A stretch of DNA of 64,000 nucleotides from an uncultured Bacteroidales bacterium (GTDB lineage Bacteria > Bacteroidota > Bacteroidia > Bacteroidales > WCHB1-69). Each line of letters opens with the position of its first letter. The first letter of the stretch is position 1. The stretch is from positions 339 through 64,338 of the forward strand of contig CAMORT010000006.1 of assembly GCA_946624065.1 (NCBI GenBank), written 5' to 3'. Made by a program: the position numbers and the translations under genes. Below are positions 19,373-29,619 of the stretch, piece by piece. Under the pieces are notes generated by a model, which was not told the DNA's origin, ran no database searches, and worked only from the letters and a program-made list of their open reading frames with translations.

Positions 19373-20845
19373 ATGAAAAAGTTATTGATCGCAGCGCTTT
19401 TACTGTTTTCTGGCAGTCTCCTGTTCGCCCAGAATAACAATTGCCCGTTCAAATACGGTGCCAATGAGGAAGACTCCCTCAAAAGCTTGGAACAGATTAC
19501 CAACTTCAACATGTTTTACAAAAGCAAGAATTACACTGATGCCTACGAAGCGTGGCGTTATCTTGTTGCCAACGCCCCTTGCTGCTGGGATGGTATCTAC
19601 ACCAATGCCCAGAACATGTTCAATGGTTTGATTAAGAATGAAAAGGATTCTTTAAGAAGAGAACATCTGATTGATACACTCATCTACTCGTATGAGGTTC
19701 GCAACCTGTATTTCCCAGAGAAATTCAGCAAAGGCAAATGCCTTGGGTACAAAGCCTACAACATGATGATGTATCGTATCAAATCTATGGATTTCAACCA
19801 GATAAAAGACCTGAATAACATGTTTATCCAGTCTGTTGAGATGGAAAAGGAAAAGACCGAACCGATTATTTGGGACAAATACTTCCAATTGGCTGAGAAC
19901 ATCACCAAGGCCAGCAAAGACACCAGTGTTGTAATTGAGGCCTACGGACGCGCCACGGACTATCTGGACATCTCCATCAACAACTCTCTGGTACAATATG
20001 AGAAACAAGCATCCGTGATTGACAGTCTGTTTGATTTATACAACAACGGCAAAATCGACACCAACTATTTGATTGAACTTTGCAAGAAACCCGCTGCCGA
20101 CACTGCCCGTCAGATGAAATTGGTGGTGAATTACCGCAAAACACTGGCCAAGATGGAAAAGGCCGTTGCTCCGTACGCCTCCTGCGAAGTGCTTGAGGAA
20201 CTCTACTCCGAGAAACTGGCTGAAAACAAGGAGGACTTGTCCGCTATCAACAAGATGGTCATGACCATGGCAAAGGGCGGATGCGTTACCAGCCCCGTGT
20301 TTAAAGATGCTTTGGAAATCCTGCATAGAGCCAATCCGAACCGTAACTCCGCATACTGGATGGGTAACCTCTCTCTGAGAAGTTTCGGTACTACAAAGGA
20401 CAACAATGAGATTGATCGCTCCATCGAATATTTCAGAGAAGCCGTAACATTAAGCGAAACCAATGAGCAGAAGGCTGACGCCAACTATATGTTAGGTTTG
20501 GCATACTACACCAAAGGATCCTATTCAGAATCTCGCAGTGCCGCATTGGCCGCTCTGAAATACCAACCGAACATGGGTAAGGCATACATCCTCATTGGCG
20601 ACTTGTACGCTAACTCCGCCGGCAGATGCTCCGGAGGCGATATGCTCCCGCTGGCCAACGCCTGGGCCGCCGCCGACAAATATGCCAGAGCCGCCGCTGT
20701 TGACCCGAGCTGCGCCGAAAGAGCCAACGCACAACGCGCAAAACTGAGATTCCCGAGCAAGGAAGACCTCTTCAAACGCGGTTTGAGCGCAGGATCATCC
20801 TACCATGTGGGCTGCTGGATTCAGGAAACTACGACAGTAAGATAA
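19373..20845 (+). CDS. Exported tetratricopeptide-repeat protein
   Basis: Signal peptide, TPR-like helices, GKAYILIGDLYA and C-terminal VGCWIQETTTVR. Confidence 0.8.
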   Translation: MKKLLIAALLLFSGSLLFAQNNNCPFKYGANEEDSLKSLEQITNFNMFYKSKNYTDAYEAWRYLVANAPCCWDGIYTNAQNMFNGLIKNEKDSLRREHLIDTLIYSYEVRNLYFPEKFSKGKCLGYKAYNMMMYRIKSMDFNQIKDLNNMFIQSVEMEKEKTEPIIWDKYFQLAENITKASKDTSVVIEAYGRATDYLDISINNSLVQYEKQASVIDSLFDLYNNGKIDTNYLIELCKKPAADTARQMKLVVNYRKTLAKMEKAVAPYASCEVLEELYSEKLAENKEDLSAINKMVMTMAKGGCVTSPVFKDALEILHRANPNRNSAYWMGNLSLRSFGTTKDNNEIDRSIEYFREAVTLSETNEQKADANYMLGLAYYTKGSYSESRSAALAALKYQPNMGKAYILIGDLYANSAGRCSGGDMLPLANAWAAADKYARAAAVDPSCAERANAQRAKLRFPSKEDLFKRGLSAGSSYHVGCWIQETTTVR

Positions 20846-20860
20846 TAATAGCGTTCTTAC

Positions 20861-21424
20861 ATGTCAGATTTTATGACACATCTCTCAAAAAACATCATAA
20901 TGGCCTTGTGCCTTATGATGTTTTTTGTTTGTTGTAACCATAAAGACAAAAACTCTGGATTGCTGGAATACAAAGGCAAATTCCCTGACGAATCGGCGGA
21001 AAACATCACTCTAACGGTAAGTGACTCCGGTATCGTCAGTTTTATCGTCAAAGCGCCTCTGTTCAACACTTACCGCACCGATTCCGCCTATATGGATTAT
21101 CCTGAAGGCATCACCGCCATCTCCTTCACCGAAAACGGGCAGCAACAAGCAATCCTTACCGCCAAATATGCCTGCAACATCAACAATTCCACCTATAAAG
21201 CATCCAATAACGTGGTTATTGTGGATATTATCAAAGGGGATACTCTTGAAACTGAGGAGATTATCTGGGATCAGCATCAGCGCAAGATCTACTCCAATGT
21301 GCTGGTTAAACAGACCAAAGCTGATGGTTCCGTTAATTACGGTGACGGTTTTGAAGCGGATGAAAGATTTACCAAATACACCATCTTCCACCCTCACGGG
21401 GAAATGGTAGGATTGGATTTCTAA
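20861..21424 (+). CDS. lptC: LPS export ABC transporter periplasmic protein LptC
   Basis: SDSG, GDTLETEEIIWDQ and GDGFEADE; sits in the coaX-OMP-TPR-lptC cluster. Confidence 0.85.
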   Translation: MSDFMTHLSKNIIMALCLMMFFVCCNHKDKNSGLLEYKGKFPDESAENITLTVSDSGIVSFIVKAPLFNTYRTDSAYMDYPEGITAISFTENGQQQAILTAKYACNINNSTYKASNNVVIVDIIKGDTLETEEIIWDQHQRKIYSNVLVKQTKADGSVNYGDGFEADERFTKYTIFHPHGEMVGLDF

Positions 21425-22020
21425 CTGCAATATTTCACTTGACCCAATTTTTTCAAAGCCGTGACAATGCGTTCGGCTTCCCGCTGGCGAACTGTAAATT
21501 GTATGGTACAGTTCAGGTCGCTCTGCTGGCTGATGATGGTTACATACGGGTCCTTCATCAGTTGCATCACATTGTTCATCTGCAAGTATTCAAAGGTCAC
21601 TTCGTAAGTCTCATCAATGGTCTTTTCAATAATGGTGGCGGCTTCCAGCGCTTCCTTTGCAGCAATCTTATAAGCGTTTTGCAACCCACTGACACCCAGT
21701 TTAATACCCCCAAAATAACGGACTACAATCACTAAAGTGTTGGTGAGATCTTTTGACATCAACTGGCCATGAATGGGACGACCTGCCGTGCCCGAAGGCT
21801 CCCCATTATCGTTCATCCGGTAAGCGTCTTTTCGTGGACCTAGAATATAGGCGTAACAATGGTGACGCGCATCATTGTGCTTTTTTTGGATCTCCGTCAG
21901 GCGCTCTTTTACCTGCTGCTCCGTCTGCACAGGAAAGGCATACGCCAGAAACTTGCTTCGTTTCTCGCTGTAACTTCCTGTTGATGGGGATGTTATGGTT
22001 TTATAGGTGTCTTCGAACAT
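21421..22020 (-). CDS. YigZ/IMPACT family protein
   Basis: EKRSKFLA, ARHHCYAY, DNGEPSGTAG and VVRYFGGIKLG. Confidence 0.95.
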   Translation of the reverse strand: MFEDTYKTITSPSTGSYSEKRSKFLAYAFPVQTEQQVKERLTEIQKKHNDARHHCYAYILGPRKDAYRMNDNGEPSGTAGRPIHGQLMSKDLTNTLVIVVRYFGGIKLGVSGLQNAYKIAAKEALEAATIIEKTIDETYEVTFEYLQMNNVMQLMKDPYVTIISQQSDLNCTIQFTVRQREAERIVTALKKLGQVKYCS

Positions 22021-22972
22021 ACAATATCTGATTATCGTCAATGTGTTGAACGGTCTGGGGAGGCATCGGAATTTGAGGGGCTTTTGTTCCCTTACCCCAC
22101 TGTTGCGCACCCACCAGAATGCGAGCTTCATCCCATAACCCCACTTCAAGGAAACGGTCTAAAGTCTTTCTGCCTCCTTCCACAATCACGGACTGCACCC
22201 TCTGCTCATACAATTTCCCCATTGCTTCCGACAGATCCATTGGCAACGGGGAATAATAACCCTCTGACACTTCTTCTGCTCGTGACAGGACAAACCGTTT
22301 GGGGTTTTTGCCCGGATAAAGACGCGTGGTCAGTTGCGGTTTATCGTTAAGAACCGTGTTGTAACCTACCAAAATAGCATCTTCCTCACTGCGCCACTTG
22401 TGCACAACAACCTTCAGTGCCGGATTGGTAATCCAATAACTCTTGCGCTCAGCGGCATTGCTTCGGTCTATGTCCATATAACCATCCGCAGTTTGTGCCC
22501 ATTTTAGGATGATGTAAGGGCGATGTTGCTGATGATAGGTGAAAAAGCGTTTGTTCAATTCGCGGCATTCTTCTTCGCAAACATGTTCAACCACTTCAAC
22601 ACCAGCATCTTTCAGCTTTTTTATACCATTTCCGTTCACTTTATCATGGGGATCCCTAATGCCTACCACAACTTTCGGAATTCCCCATTGTATGATGGCA
22701 TCAGCGCATGGCGGCTGTTTTCCGAAATGGGAACAAGGTTCCAACGAAACATACAAGGTGGATTCCTTAAGCAACGAAATGTCTCGCACCGACGCTATCG
22801 CATTCACTTCCGCATGTGGTTGTCCATATTGGTGATGATAACCCTCCCCAATAATTCTATTTTGATGAACAATAACAGCGCCCACCATCGGATTGGGTTG
22901 TACCTTCCCCAATCCTAATGCGGCAAGTTGCACGCATCGGCGCATAAACATCTCATCTTCTGGTGTTTGCAT
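22001..22972 (-). CDS. ribD: Riboflavin biosynthesis deaminase/reductase
   Basis: PNPMVGAVIV, HAEVNA, LEPCSHFGKQPPC and VEGG. Confidence 0.96.
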   Translation of the reverse strand: MQTPEDEMFMRRCVQLAALGLGKVQPNPMVGAVIVHQNRIIGEGYHHQYGQPHAEVNAIASVRDISLLKESTLYVSLEPCSHFGKQPPCADAIIQWGIPKVVVGIRDPHDKVNGNGIKKLKDAGVEVVEHVCEEECRELNKRFFTYHQQHRPYIILKWAQTADGYMDIDRSNAAERKSYWITNPALKVVVHKWRSEEDAILVGYNTVLNDKPQLTTRLYPGKNPKRFVLSRAEEVSEGYYSPLPMDLSEAMGKLYEQRVQSVIVEGGRKTLDRFLEVGLWDEARILVGAQQWGKGTKAPQIPMPPQTVQHIDDNQILYVRRHL

Positions 22973-24057
22973 CACTTTTGCGGTTTCAGAAAATAAGAAA
23001 GCGGTTGATTGGCTCTGTCAAAATGATAATATTGGCACTGCAACAGATCTTTGGTTTTTCCGTTCAGGACAGCATAGAATTTATCCCGATTGTACGGCAA
23101 ATCCACTGCGGGTGCTTCCTGTTCCAGAATCGCGTCCAAATACATGGCGTCAGGTTGCAGTTTACGATACATATCCAAGCGTGTTTCAACCCCATTCACA
23201 TCCACTAATGTGATGGTTTTAAACTTGTTGAATCGTAAAATTGAATCACGGGCCGATTCGCTCAACGCCTTAACATAAAGCTCATAGTTCAAATCCCTGT
23301 AAACAGAAAGCATATCCAACAGTTTGATGGTATCATAGTCCAGAATGGGCTGATGCTGACCATCGAACAGATTGAAGAAACGGGGACCGGATTTTTCCAC
23401 GATAAACGATTCTTCGGGATTTTCAAAATCCTGCACTTTCAAGGATTTGATACGGGTAATTTTGGTGCTGAATAGGTCGCAATTGTACCAATCTATCGGT
23501 CTAAACGAATAAAATGGCGTTATAAAACCCCTAAAACCAGGAATATACACAATACATGGCTCGTCATACCCTTCCAAAATGGCAAAATTGGCCATATTAT
23601 CCATCGTGGCCGGACCCATATAATAAGTTTTCACTTTCCGTTCCTTATCGAAGAATCTCTTGCCAAACAAGGTGAATTTAGGTGTCTTTTGATAGATTTC
23701 CACCTTAATCGCATTCACCGACATCATCTTGTTGATGTTGGATTGGGCGGTTTTGGCCACCGGCTGTTGTAAGGTCACATTGCTGATCACCCCTAACAGG
23801 TCTTTTATCTTGGGATCTTGGGCGCGTATCGAATCATCCACATACCATTCCCCATCCCGGCGGTTCAGCAAAACATGTTCTCCGTTCATATCGGCAATGA
23901 AAATTTTGCTAATCGTGGAAGTGTCTCTTACCGCAAAAATATCAGATTTCGGAATGCTATTCGATGTGTGAAAAACACCTGTCTTGAAAAGTATGACCAC
24001 CAAGCAGATAAGCAAAAGAACAGCGGCCGCAAGAATATAAAAACGATTCTTTTTCAT
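22972..24057 (-). CDS. Membrane-anchored periplasmic protein (DUF4340-like)
   Basis: N-terminal TM, FAVRDTSTISKIFIAD and IPGFRGFITPFY. Confidence 0.6.
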   Translation of the reverse strand: MKKNRFYILAAAVLLLICLVVILFKTGVFHTSNSIPKSDIFAVRDTSTISKIFIADMNGEHVLLNRRDGEWYVDDSIRAQDPKIKDLLGVISNVTLQQPVAKTAQSNINKMMSVNAIKVEIYQKTPKFTLFGKRFFDKERKVKTYYMGPATMDNMANFAILEGYDEPCIVYIPGFRGFITPFYSFRPIDWYNCDLFSTKITRIKSLKVQDFENPEESFIVEKSGPRFFNLFDGQHQPILDYDTIKLLDMLSVYRDLNYELYVKALSESARDSILRFNKFKTITLVDVNGVETRLDMYRKLQPDAMYLDAILEQEAPAVDLPYNRDKFYAVLNGKTKDLLQCQYYHFDRANQPLSYFLKPQK

Positions 24058-24139
24058 TGTTTAAAATTATGAGGTGCAAAAGTACAAAAAAAAGAGAATA
24101 GGGCTATTTTTGTATCTTTGCAAACTTTTACAATTCGGA

Positions 24140-25663
24140 ATGGGTATAATCATACGACAGAGCATCAAAGGAACCATAGTCAACTACATAGGTGTGGCTA
24201 TCGGTTTTTTCACCACTTTCTTCGTCATCACCAATTATCTGACGCAGGAGGAAGTGGGATTGACGCGCGTGCTGGTGGACGCGGGTGTGCTTTTCGCAAG
24301 TTTGTCCCAAATAGGAACCGGCGCCTCCATTCTCCGGTTCTTCCCTTACTTCAAAGATGATGAGAACAAGCACCACGGGTTCTTTTTCTGGACTATTGTG
24401 GTGCCTCTGATTGGTTTTTTGATATTTCTAGCCGTTTATCTGCTCCTGAAAAAACCAATTGTGGCCATTTTCTCCAAAAACTCACCTCTTTTCGTCAACT
24501 ATTTCCGGTTTGTCATTCCCATAGCATTGTTTATGCTGTATCAATATGTCTTTGAAGCCAATTCAAATGTGTTGATGCGGATTGTGATTCCTAAATTCGT
24601 CAGGGAAGTGGGCATACGCTTGGGATTGCTGGTTATTTATATATTGTATGGACGGCATATCATTGACTTGGACGGACTGGTTTTGGGTTTCTGCATTACA
24701 TATTTTCTTGCCGCCTTGGTGGATATCCTCTACCTGTTTTCCCTGCAGAAAATCTCGTTAAAACCTGATTTCAAGTTCCTTACAAAACCTTTACGGAGAG
24801 ATTTCCTTTTTTACACCCTGTTTTTGGTTATGGCCTCCATTGCCGGCACCATCACACCGCTGCTCAGTTCGTTTTTTGTGACTGCCAAAATGGGACTCAC
24901 CTTCACCGGTATCTTCGCCATTGCCAATTATATCGCAACTGTAATAGAGATCCCCAACCGCTCGCTCAATGCCATCGCCCAACCCAATTTGTCAGAAGCC
25001 ATCAAGAACCAAGACTGGACTCGTGCGGACGAGCTATGCAAGTCTGTTTCCTTGCACTTGTTGTTATCCAGTTTTTTCATTTTTTTCATCATCTGGATCA
25101 ATGTGGACCTTCTTTTTATGATCCTTAGAAACGGTGAACTATACACATCCGGAAAAAGCGTAATCTTCATTTTGGGACTTGCGCGTCTGTCAAATTCCGC
25201 CTTCAGCATCAGCAGCAATGCCCTGAGTTTCTCCAAGTATTATTACCTGACCCTGGTGTTCACATTTCTGCTCACCATATCTTCCATCGTATTGAACATT
25301 CTGCTGATTCCAAGCATGGGTATGAATGGCGCCGCCTTGGCCAATTTCCTGTCTTACTTCATCTATTTCATATTCCTTCTGATTCTTCTCAGGTGGAAAC
25401 TGAAAATCTCCTTGTTTTCCATCGGGCAACTGAAAATCATCGCTATTATTGCGCTGCTTTTTGGACTTAACGCTTTGTGGACCTCCTCACTCACACCACT
25501 AATCATGAAAATTCCTTTTAACCCATTAGCGGTTTCTATTTTGGAAGGTGGAATACGAACCGCCGTGCTCGTTGGCATCGGTATCACACTAGTGTATTGC
25601 TGGAAAGTGTCTGCAGATGTGAACAGACTGATAGACAAAGTGATAAAAAGGAAAAACGCTTAA
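24140..25663 (+). CDS. Polysaccharide flippase (Wzx/MOP family)
   Basis: MGIIIRQSIKGTIVNYIG start, about 14 TM segments and LNILLIPSMGMNGAALA. Confidence 0.85.
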   Translation: MGIIIRQSIKGTIVNYIGVAIGFFTTFFVITNYLTQEEVGLTRVLVDAGVLFASLSQIGTGASILRFFPYFKDDENKHHGFFFWTIVVPLIGFLIFLAVYLLLKKPIVAIFSKNSPLFVNYFRFVIPIALFMLYQYVFEANSNVLMRIVIPKFVREVGIRLGLLVIYILYGRHIIDLDGLVLGFCITYFLAALVDILYLFSLQKISLKPDFKFLTKPLRRDFLFYTLFLVMASIAGTITPLLSSFFVTAKMGLTFTGIFAIANYIATVIEIPNRSLNAIAQPNLSEAIKNQDWTRADELCKSVSLHLLLSSFFIFFIIWINVDLLFMILRNGELYTSGKSVIFILGLARLSNSAFSISSNALSFSKYYYLTLVFTFLLTISSIVLNILLIPSMGMNGAALANFLSYFIYFIFLLILLRWKLKISLFSIGQLKIIAIIALLFGLNALWTSSLTPLIMKIPFNPLAVSILEGGIRTAVLVGIGITLVYCWKVSADVNRLIDKVIKRKNA

Positions 25664-25672
25664 CTCCAATCC

Positions 25673-26560
25673 CTATTCCTTATATCTGGGGTGATACTGG
25701 GCCATAGTGCTCCGGATATAGTCTTTATCCAAATGGGTATAAATCTCGGTTGTGGTAATGCTCTCATGTCCAAGCATTTGCTGCACAGCGCGCAGGTCCG
25801 CGCCGCCTTCCACAAGATGTGTGGCGAATGAGTGGCGAAAGGTGTGCGGACTGATGGATTTCTCTATACCGGCCTCCTTTGCCCATTTTTTCACCAACAT
25901 AAAGACCATTTCACGTGTCAAATGGTGGCCTCTCCGATTTAAAAAGAGGTAATCTTCCTCTCCTTTTTTTATTTTCAACTTCTTACGGGCGCCTTCCATA
26001 TACAATTTCACCATTTTTTGCGCCATACTCCCGATGGGGACAAACCGTTCCTTGTTTCCTTTTCCCAACACTTTTATAAACCCCTCTTCAAAAAAAAGAT
26101 GGGAAAGCCGCAAGGTCACTACCTCACTCACACGCAATCCGCAGCCGTACATCACCTCCACCAGGGCGCGGTTCCGGTGGCCTTCGGGCGTACTGAGATC
26201 GATGACATTGATAATGGCCTCAATCTCCGGAACTGAAAGCACATCAGGAAGATGCAGGCCGATTTTGGGAGCATCCAGCAAAACGGTTGGATCATCCTGA
26301 ATGGTGCCGTCATACAACAGAAAACGATAAAAACTCTTTATTCCTGAAACAATCCGGGCCTGTGACCTGGGTTTGACATTCTTCTCCACCAACGAGCGTA
26401 AAAAAAGTTGGAGATTCTCCAATTTGGCGGTTTCCAAGGGTTTATGCTCCAAAAAATCCTCCAAAAGCGACACATCATGCAAATAGGCCTCCACACTCTT
26501 CGGCGAAAGCCCCTTTTCGAAAATCAGATATTGCTTGAACTGGATGATTAGAGGGGACAT
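25673..26560 (-). CDS. xerD: Chromosomal tyrosine recombinase XerD
   Basis: YGCGLRVSE, GKGNKER, SPHTFRHSFATHL, LGHESITTTEIYTH and YHPR. Confidence 0.92.
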   Translation of the reverse strand: MSPLIIQFKQYLIFEKGLSPKSVEAYLHDVSLLEDFLEHKPLETAKLENLQLFLRSLVEKNVKPRSQARIVSGIKSFYRFLLYDGTIQDDPTVLLDAPKIGLHLPDVLSVPEIEAIINVIDLSTPEGHRNRALVEVMYGCGLRVSEVVTLRLSHLFFEEGFIKVLGKGNKERFVPIGSMAQKMVKLYMEGARKKLKIKKGEEDYLFLNRRGHHLTREMVFMLVKKWAKEAGIEKSISPHTFRHSFATHLVEGGADLRAVQQMLGHESITTTEIYTHLDKDYIRSTMAQYHPRYKE

Positions 26561-26584
26561 GGGAAGAGGGTATGTCTGTTTGCT

Positions 26585-27835
26585 TTAACGCAGGTCTTTT
26601 TCAATTTCGATGCGAAGCATATTGAGGGCGGCGCGGGCGGCACGCTCAATGATTTGCTTGCGACCCATACGGCTGCCAAAACGGAATTCCTTGGTTGCAA
26701 GGCGCACTGGAGTAGCCACGGCAATCCAAACGGTGCCGACCGGTTTCTCGGGCGTACCACCGTCAGGACCGGCAATTCCGGAAGTGGCAATTGTGTAGTC
26801 CACATCAAACAACCCCATAGCGTTAAGCGCCATATCACTCACCACCGGCTCGCTCACTGCGCCACGCCGCTTCAAATTGTCCTCACGCACATTCAACAAA
26901 TCGCGTTTTATATCATTGCTATAGGACACTAACGAGCCCTGAAAATATCTTGAACTTCCTGGAACAGAGGTGATTAAATGAGAAATATATCCTCCCGTGC
27001 AACTCTCCGCCGTAGCCATGGTTTTGCCTGCCTTCACCAACAACCGGCCCACAACCTCCTCCAATTCGATATCTTCATCGGTGAACGCATACTCCGCAAC
27101 CTGCTGTTTTAACAAATCAAATTGCTGATCCAGTGTCGTTTGCATCTGTTCTGTATCATTTCCTTCGGCGGTAAGCCGCAACCGGATAATACCGGGTTTG
27201 GGCAAATAAGCAAGTTTGAAACCCTCGGGAAGCTGCTTTTCGTACTCCTCCAACATGTCCGACAAACCGCTTTCTGTAATATTGGTGCATTGTACTACTT
27301 TATACAACAGCGACGATGAACGGAATTTTCCCGCTTTCAGTCGGGGAAGAACCTCATCTTTAATCAGTTTTTCCATTTCAAACGGAACACCCGGAAGCGA
27401 AATGAGAACTTTCCCGTCCTTTTCCAACCACAAACCCGGTGCTGTTCCCAGGGTGTTGGTCAGCACCACGCATCCTTCTGGAACGGCGGCCTGCTGACGG
27501 TTGGTTTCGGTGAGTTCCATGCCCCGTGCGGCAAACATTTCCGTCACTTGCTTCAGTGTGGCCTCATCTATTACCAACTCGCGTTGAAAAATATCACAAA
27601 TCACTTTTTTGGTGATATCGTCCTTGGTGGGCCCAAGTCCGCCGGTCATCAACACCACATCGGTTTTGGACATGGCACGCTCCACAGCTTCCCGGATGGC
27701 AGGACCGTCATCTCCAATCGTTATCACATCGGTCAATTCAAATCCGGCGGCGGTCATCTGCTGGCCTATAAATGCCGCATTCGTGTTAACCACTTGGCCA
27801 ATAAGGAGTTCGTCTCCAATATTAATCAGTATCAT
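26585..27835 (-). CDS. cinA: CinA family NMN deamidase-related protein
   Basis: IGDELLIGQVVNTNA, GGLGPTKDDIT, TAESCTGG and SGIAGPDGG. Confidence 0.95.
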   Translation of the reverse strand: MILINIGDELLIGQVVNTNAAFIGQQMTAAGFELTDVITIGDDGPAIREAVERAMSKTDVVLMTGGLGPTKDDITKKVICDIFQRELVIDEATLKQVTEMFAARGMELTETNRQQAAVPEGCVVLTNTLGTAPGLWLEKDGKVLISLPGVPFEMEKLIKDEVLPRLKAGKFRSSSLLYKVVQCTNITESGLSDMLEEYEKQLPEGFKLAYLPKPGIIRLRLTAEGNDTEQMQTTLDQQFDLLKQQVAEYAFTDEDIELEEVVGRLLVKAGKTMATAESCTGGYISHLITSVPGSSRYFQGSLVSYSNDIKRDLLNVREDNLKRRGAVSEPVVSDMALNAMGLFDVDYTIATSGIAGPDGGTPEKPVGTVWIAVATPVRLATKEFRFGSRMGRKQIIERAARAALNMLRIEIEKDLR

Positions 27836-28580
27836 ATTGTCTTTTCATTTCTTGATCCCTAAAATCCAACATTTCCAACCGGTGCTGCATGTTCTGCACA
27901 TATGGATTGTCGGGATACTGTTTTTTTAAGGTTTGGGTTATTTGTCGCAGCAGGTTGCGGTCTTCTTGTTCAGAAAAAAAACTTCTTCTATTATATCCTT
28001 GATAAAAAGCAACATACGAAGCCATTTTGTCGGGATGATCCTGGATGAATTTCGTCAAGTACGCTTTATGCTGGCCCAGCAGCTGCAGATACTGTTTCTC
28101 CACATCCGCCCTTGCGGAATCATCCTCAATATTATCCTGATAAACCTGATAAAGCGCATCCACAGGTTGCACAAAACTGTTCAACGCACTGTCGAGTTGC
28201 CCTAATAGAACTGCCTCTTCACCGCCCGAAACTTTATAAGAATCAATCAGACTTTCCGCATCCGCTTTGATGATAATGTGATCACCGCCTTTTGCTATCG
28301 TAGTCAGGGTGTTATAGGGTGACAGCATAATCTGGTACATCATAGGGGTTGCTGCGCGGGCTTTGGTTTTGTCATTATCCGCCTTCAACTCAAAACAAAA
28401 ATGACCGTTTTTCATTTTCATGGAATCCAGTCGTTCCAAACCCTCGTTTGTGACTAAAGCGAGCACAATATTGTCGTTCTTCACCCCGCTAATATCCCCT
28501 TCAATCACAATGAGTGATTTTTTATTCTGGCAGCCGAAAAGCATGAAAACGGCAATGATCAATAATAGATTCTTCTTCAT
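27822..28580 (-). CDS. DUF4369-like lipoprotein
   Basis: Lipobox LFGC, an N-terminal beta domain (IEGDISG...LDSMKMKNGHF) and a helical tail. Confidence 0.65.
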   Translation of the reverse strand: MKKNLLLIIAVFMLFGCQNKKSLIVIEGDISGVKNDNIVLALVTNEGLERLDSMKMKNGHFCFELKADNDKTKARAATPMMYQIMLSPYNTLTTIAKGGDHIIIKADAESLIDSYKVSGGEEAVLLGQLDSALNSFVQPVDALYQVYQDNIEDDSARADVEKQYLQLLGQHKAYLTKFIQDHPDKMASYVAFYQGYNRRSFFSEQEDRNLLRQITQTLKKQYPDNPYVQNMQHRLEMLDFRDQEMKRQYDTD

Positions 28581-28584
28581 AGTT

Positions 28585-28746
28585 CTATTTGTTATAGGTC
28601 ATCAACGAGTCTAACGCACAAGGTTCGGTTCTATACTCACAACCGCAATTCCGTTCCTTGCGATGCGGACGGGCGCCTGAAATTTTAGGGGCGCATGAGG
28701 AACCTATAAGCATAAGCAAAACAAAAACAATTAGCAACTTTTTCAT
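28585..28746 (-). CDS. Small (53 aa) Cys-rich lipoprotein, absent from the ORF track
   Basis: MKKLLIVFVLLMLIGSSCAPKISGARPHRKERNCGCEYRTEPCALDSLMTYNK*. A TATTTTTG box lies just upstream and the stop is 4 nt before the next start. Confidence 0.8.
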   Translation of the reverse strand: MKKLLIVFVLLMLIGSSCAPKISGARPHRKERNCGCEYRTEPCALDSLMTYNK

Positions 28747-28809
28747 CTTGATACGATTGGGTGCAAAAATACAATTTTTATTATTTTTGCAGTTTTAACG
28801 AAAACAAGG

Positions 28810-29607
28810 ATGAAACTATTGCGATATTTCATATTAATATTTGGTTTTATTGGATTGTCGGTTTCAGGATATGGACAAGACATACAACCCTCAAATTCTT
28901 CAGAAAACATTGGAAATAAGGAGTTTGCGTGTCCAAAAATAGATTCCATCATCGCATTTGCCAAAACAAAACTCGGAAGCACCTACAAACCCGGCGGCAC
29001 CGGTCCGCACTCGTTTGATTGTTCGGGATTCATGTATTATGTTTTTGACCATTTCGGCATACGGCTCGGGCGTAGTTCCCGCGATCAGATTCTGATGGGT
29101 AAAGTGATTGAGAAAAAGGATGTCAGAAAAGGAGACTTGGTTTTCTGGTATCGTGGGAAAGGATATGTCGGTCATGCCGGATTGGTCGTGGATGTGGATT
29201 CCGCGCACAACTTCACTTTCATCCATGCCTCTACGCAGGGCAAAGGGGTACGATACGACCGTTCCAACGGCAACTGGTACGCCACCACCTACGCGGGGGC
29301 GCGGCGCATCATTGACTGCGACGAAAGCGGACAGTCATTTTTAGTACAATCCGGAAAACCCGCGCAATATGCCGAATCCACCCTCAATGAAAACACAACT
29401 CCAAAAGATTCAACAACAGTAAAAAACGCCCCTACCCCTCCTAAACCCACCTCAAAAATCACCTACCATAAAATCAAAGAAGGGGAAACCCTGACTTCCA
29501 TCGCCAAAAAGCACCATGTTTCCGTGAAACAGCTCAAGCAGTGGAACCATCTTCGGTCTGACCGGATACGGGCTGGGGAAAAACTGAAAATTATCAAAAA
29601 CAAATAG
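28810..29607 (+). CDS. NlpC/P60 (C40) peptidoglycan endopeptidase with C-terminal LysM
   Basis: FDCSGF, GHAG, FIHAS and YHKIKEGETLTSIAKKHHVSVKQLKQWN. Confidence 0.93.
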   Translation: MKLLRYFILIFGFIGLSVSGYGQDIQPSNSSENIGNKEFACPKIDSIIAFAKTKLGSTYKPGGTGPHSFDCSGFMYYVFDHFGIRLGRSSRDQILMGKVIEKKDVRKGDLVFWYRGKGYVGHAGLVVDVDSAHNFTFIHASTQGKGVRYDRSNGNWYATTYAGARRIIDCDESGQSFLVQSGKPAQYAESTLNENTTPKDSTTVKNAPTPPKPTSKITYHKIKEGETLTSIAKKHHVSVKQLKQWNHLRSDRIRAGEKLKIIKNK

Positions 29608-29619
29608 CCCAAAACCATT

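Noticed and set aside
25673-26560. Integrase of a mobile element
   Set aside because: It has canonical XerD length and motifs, lies in a housekeeping operon, and has no att sites or cargo nearby.
28590-28710. Structured ncRNA or riboswitch (ttataggt...acctataa enclosing GC-rich stems)
   Set aside because: Better explained by the 53-aa lipoprotein ORF on the minus strand; no known riboswitch core was recognised.
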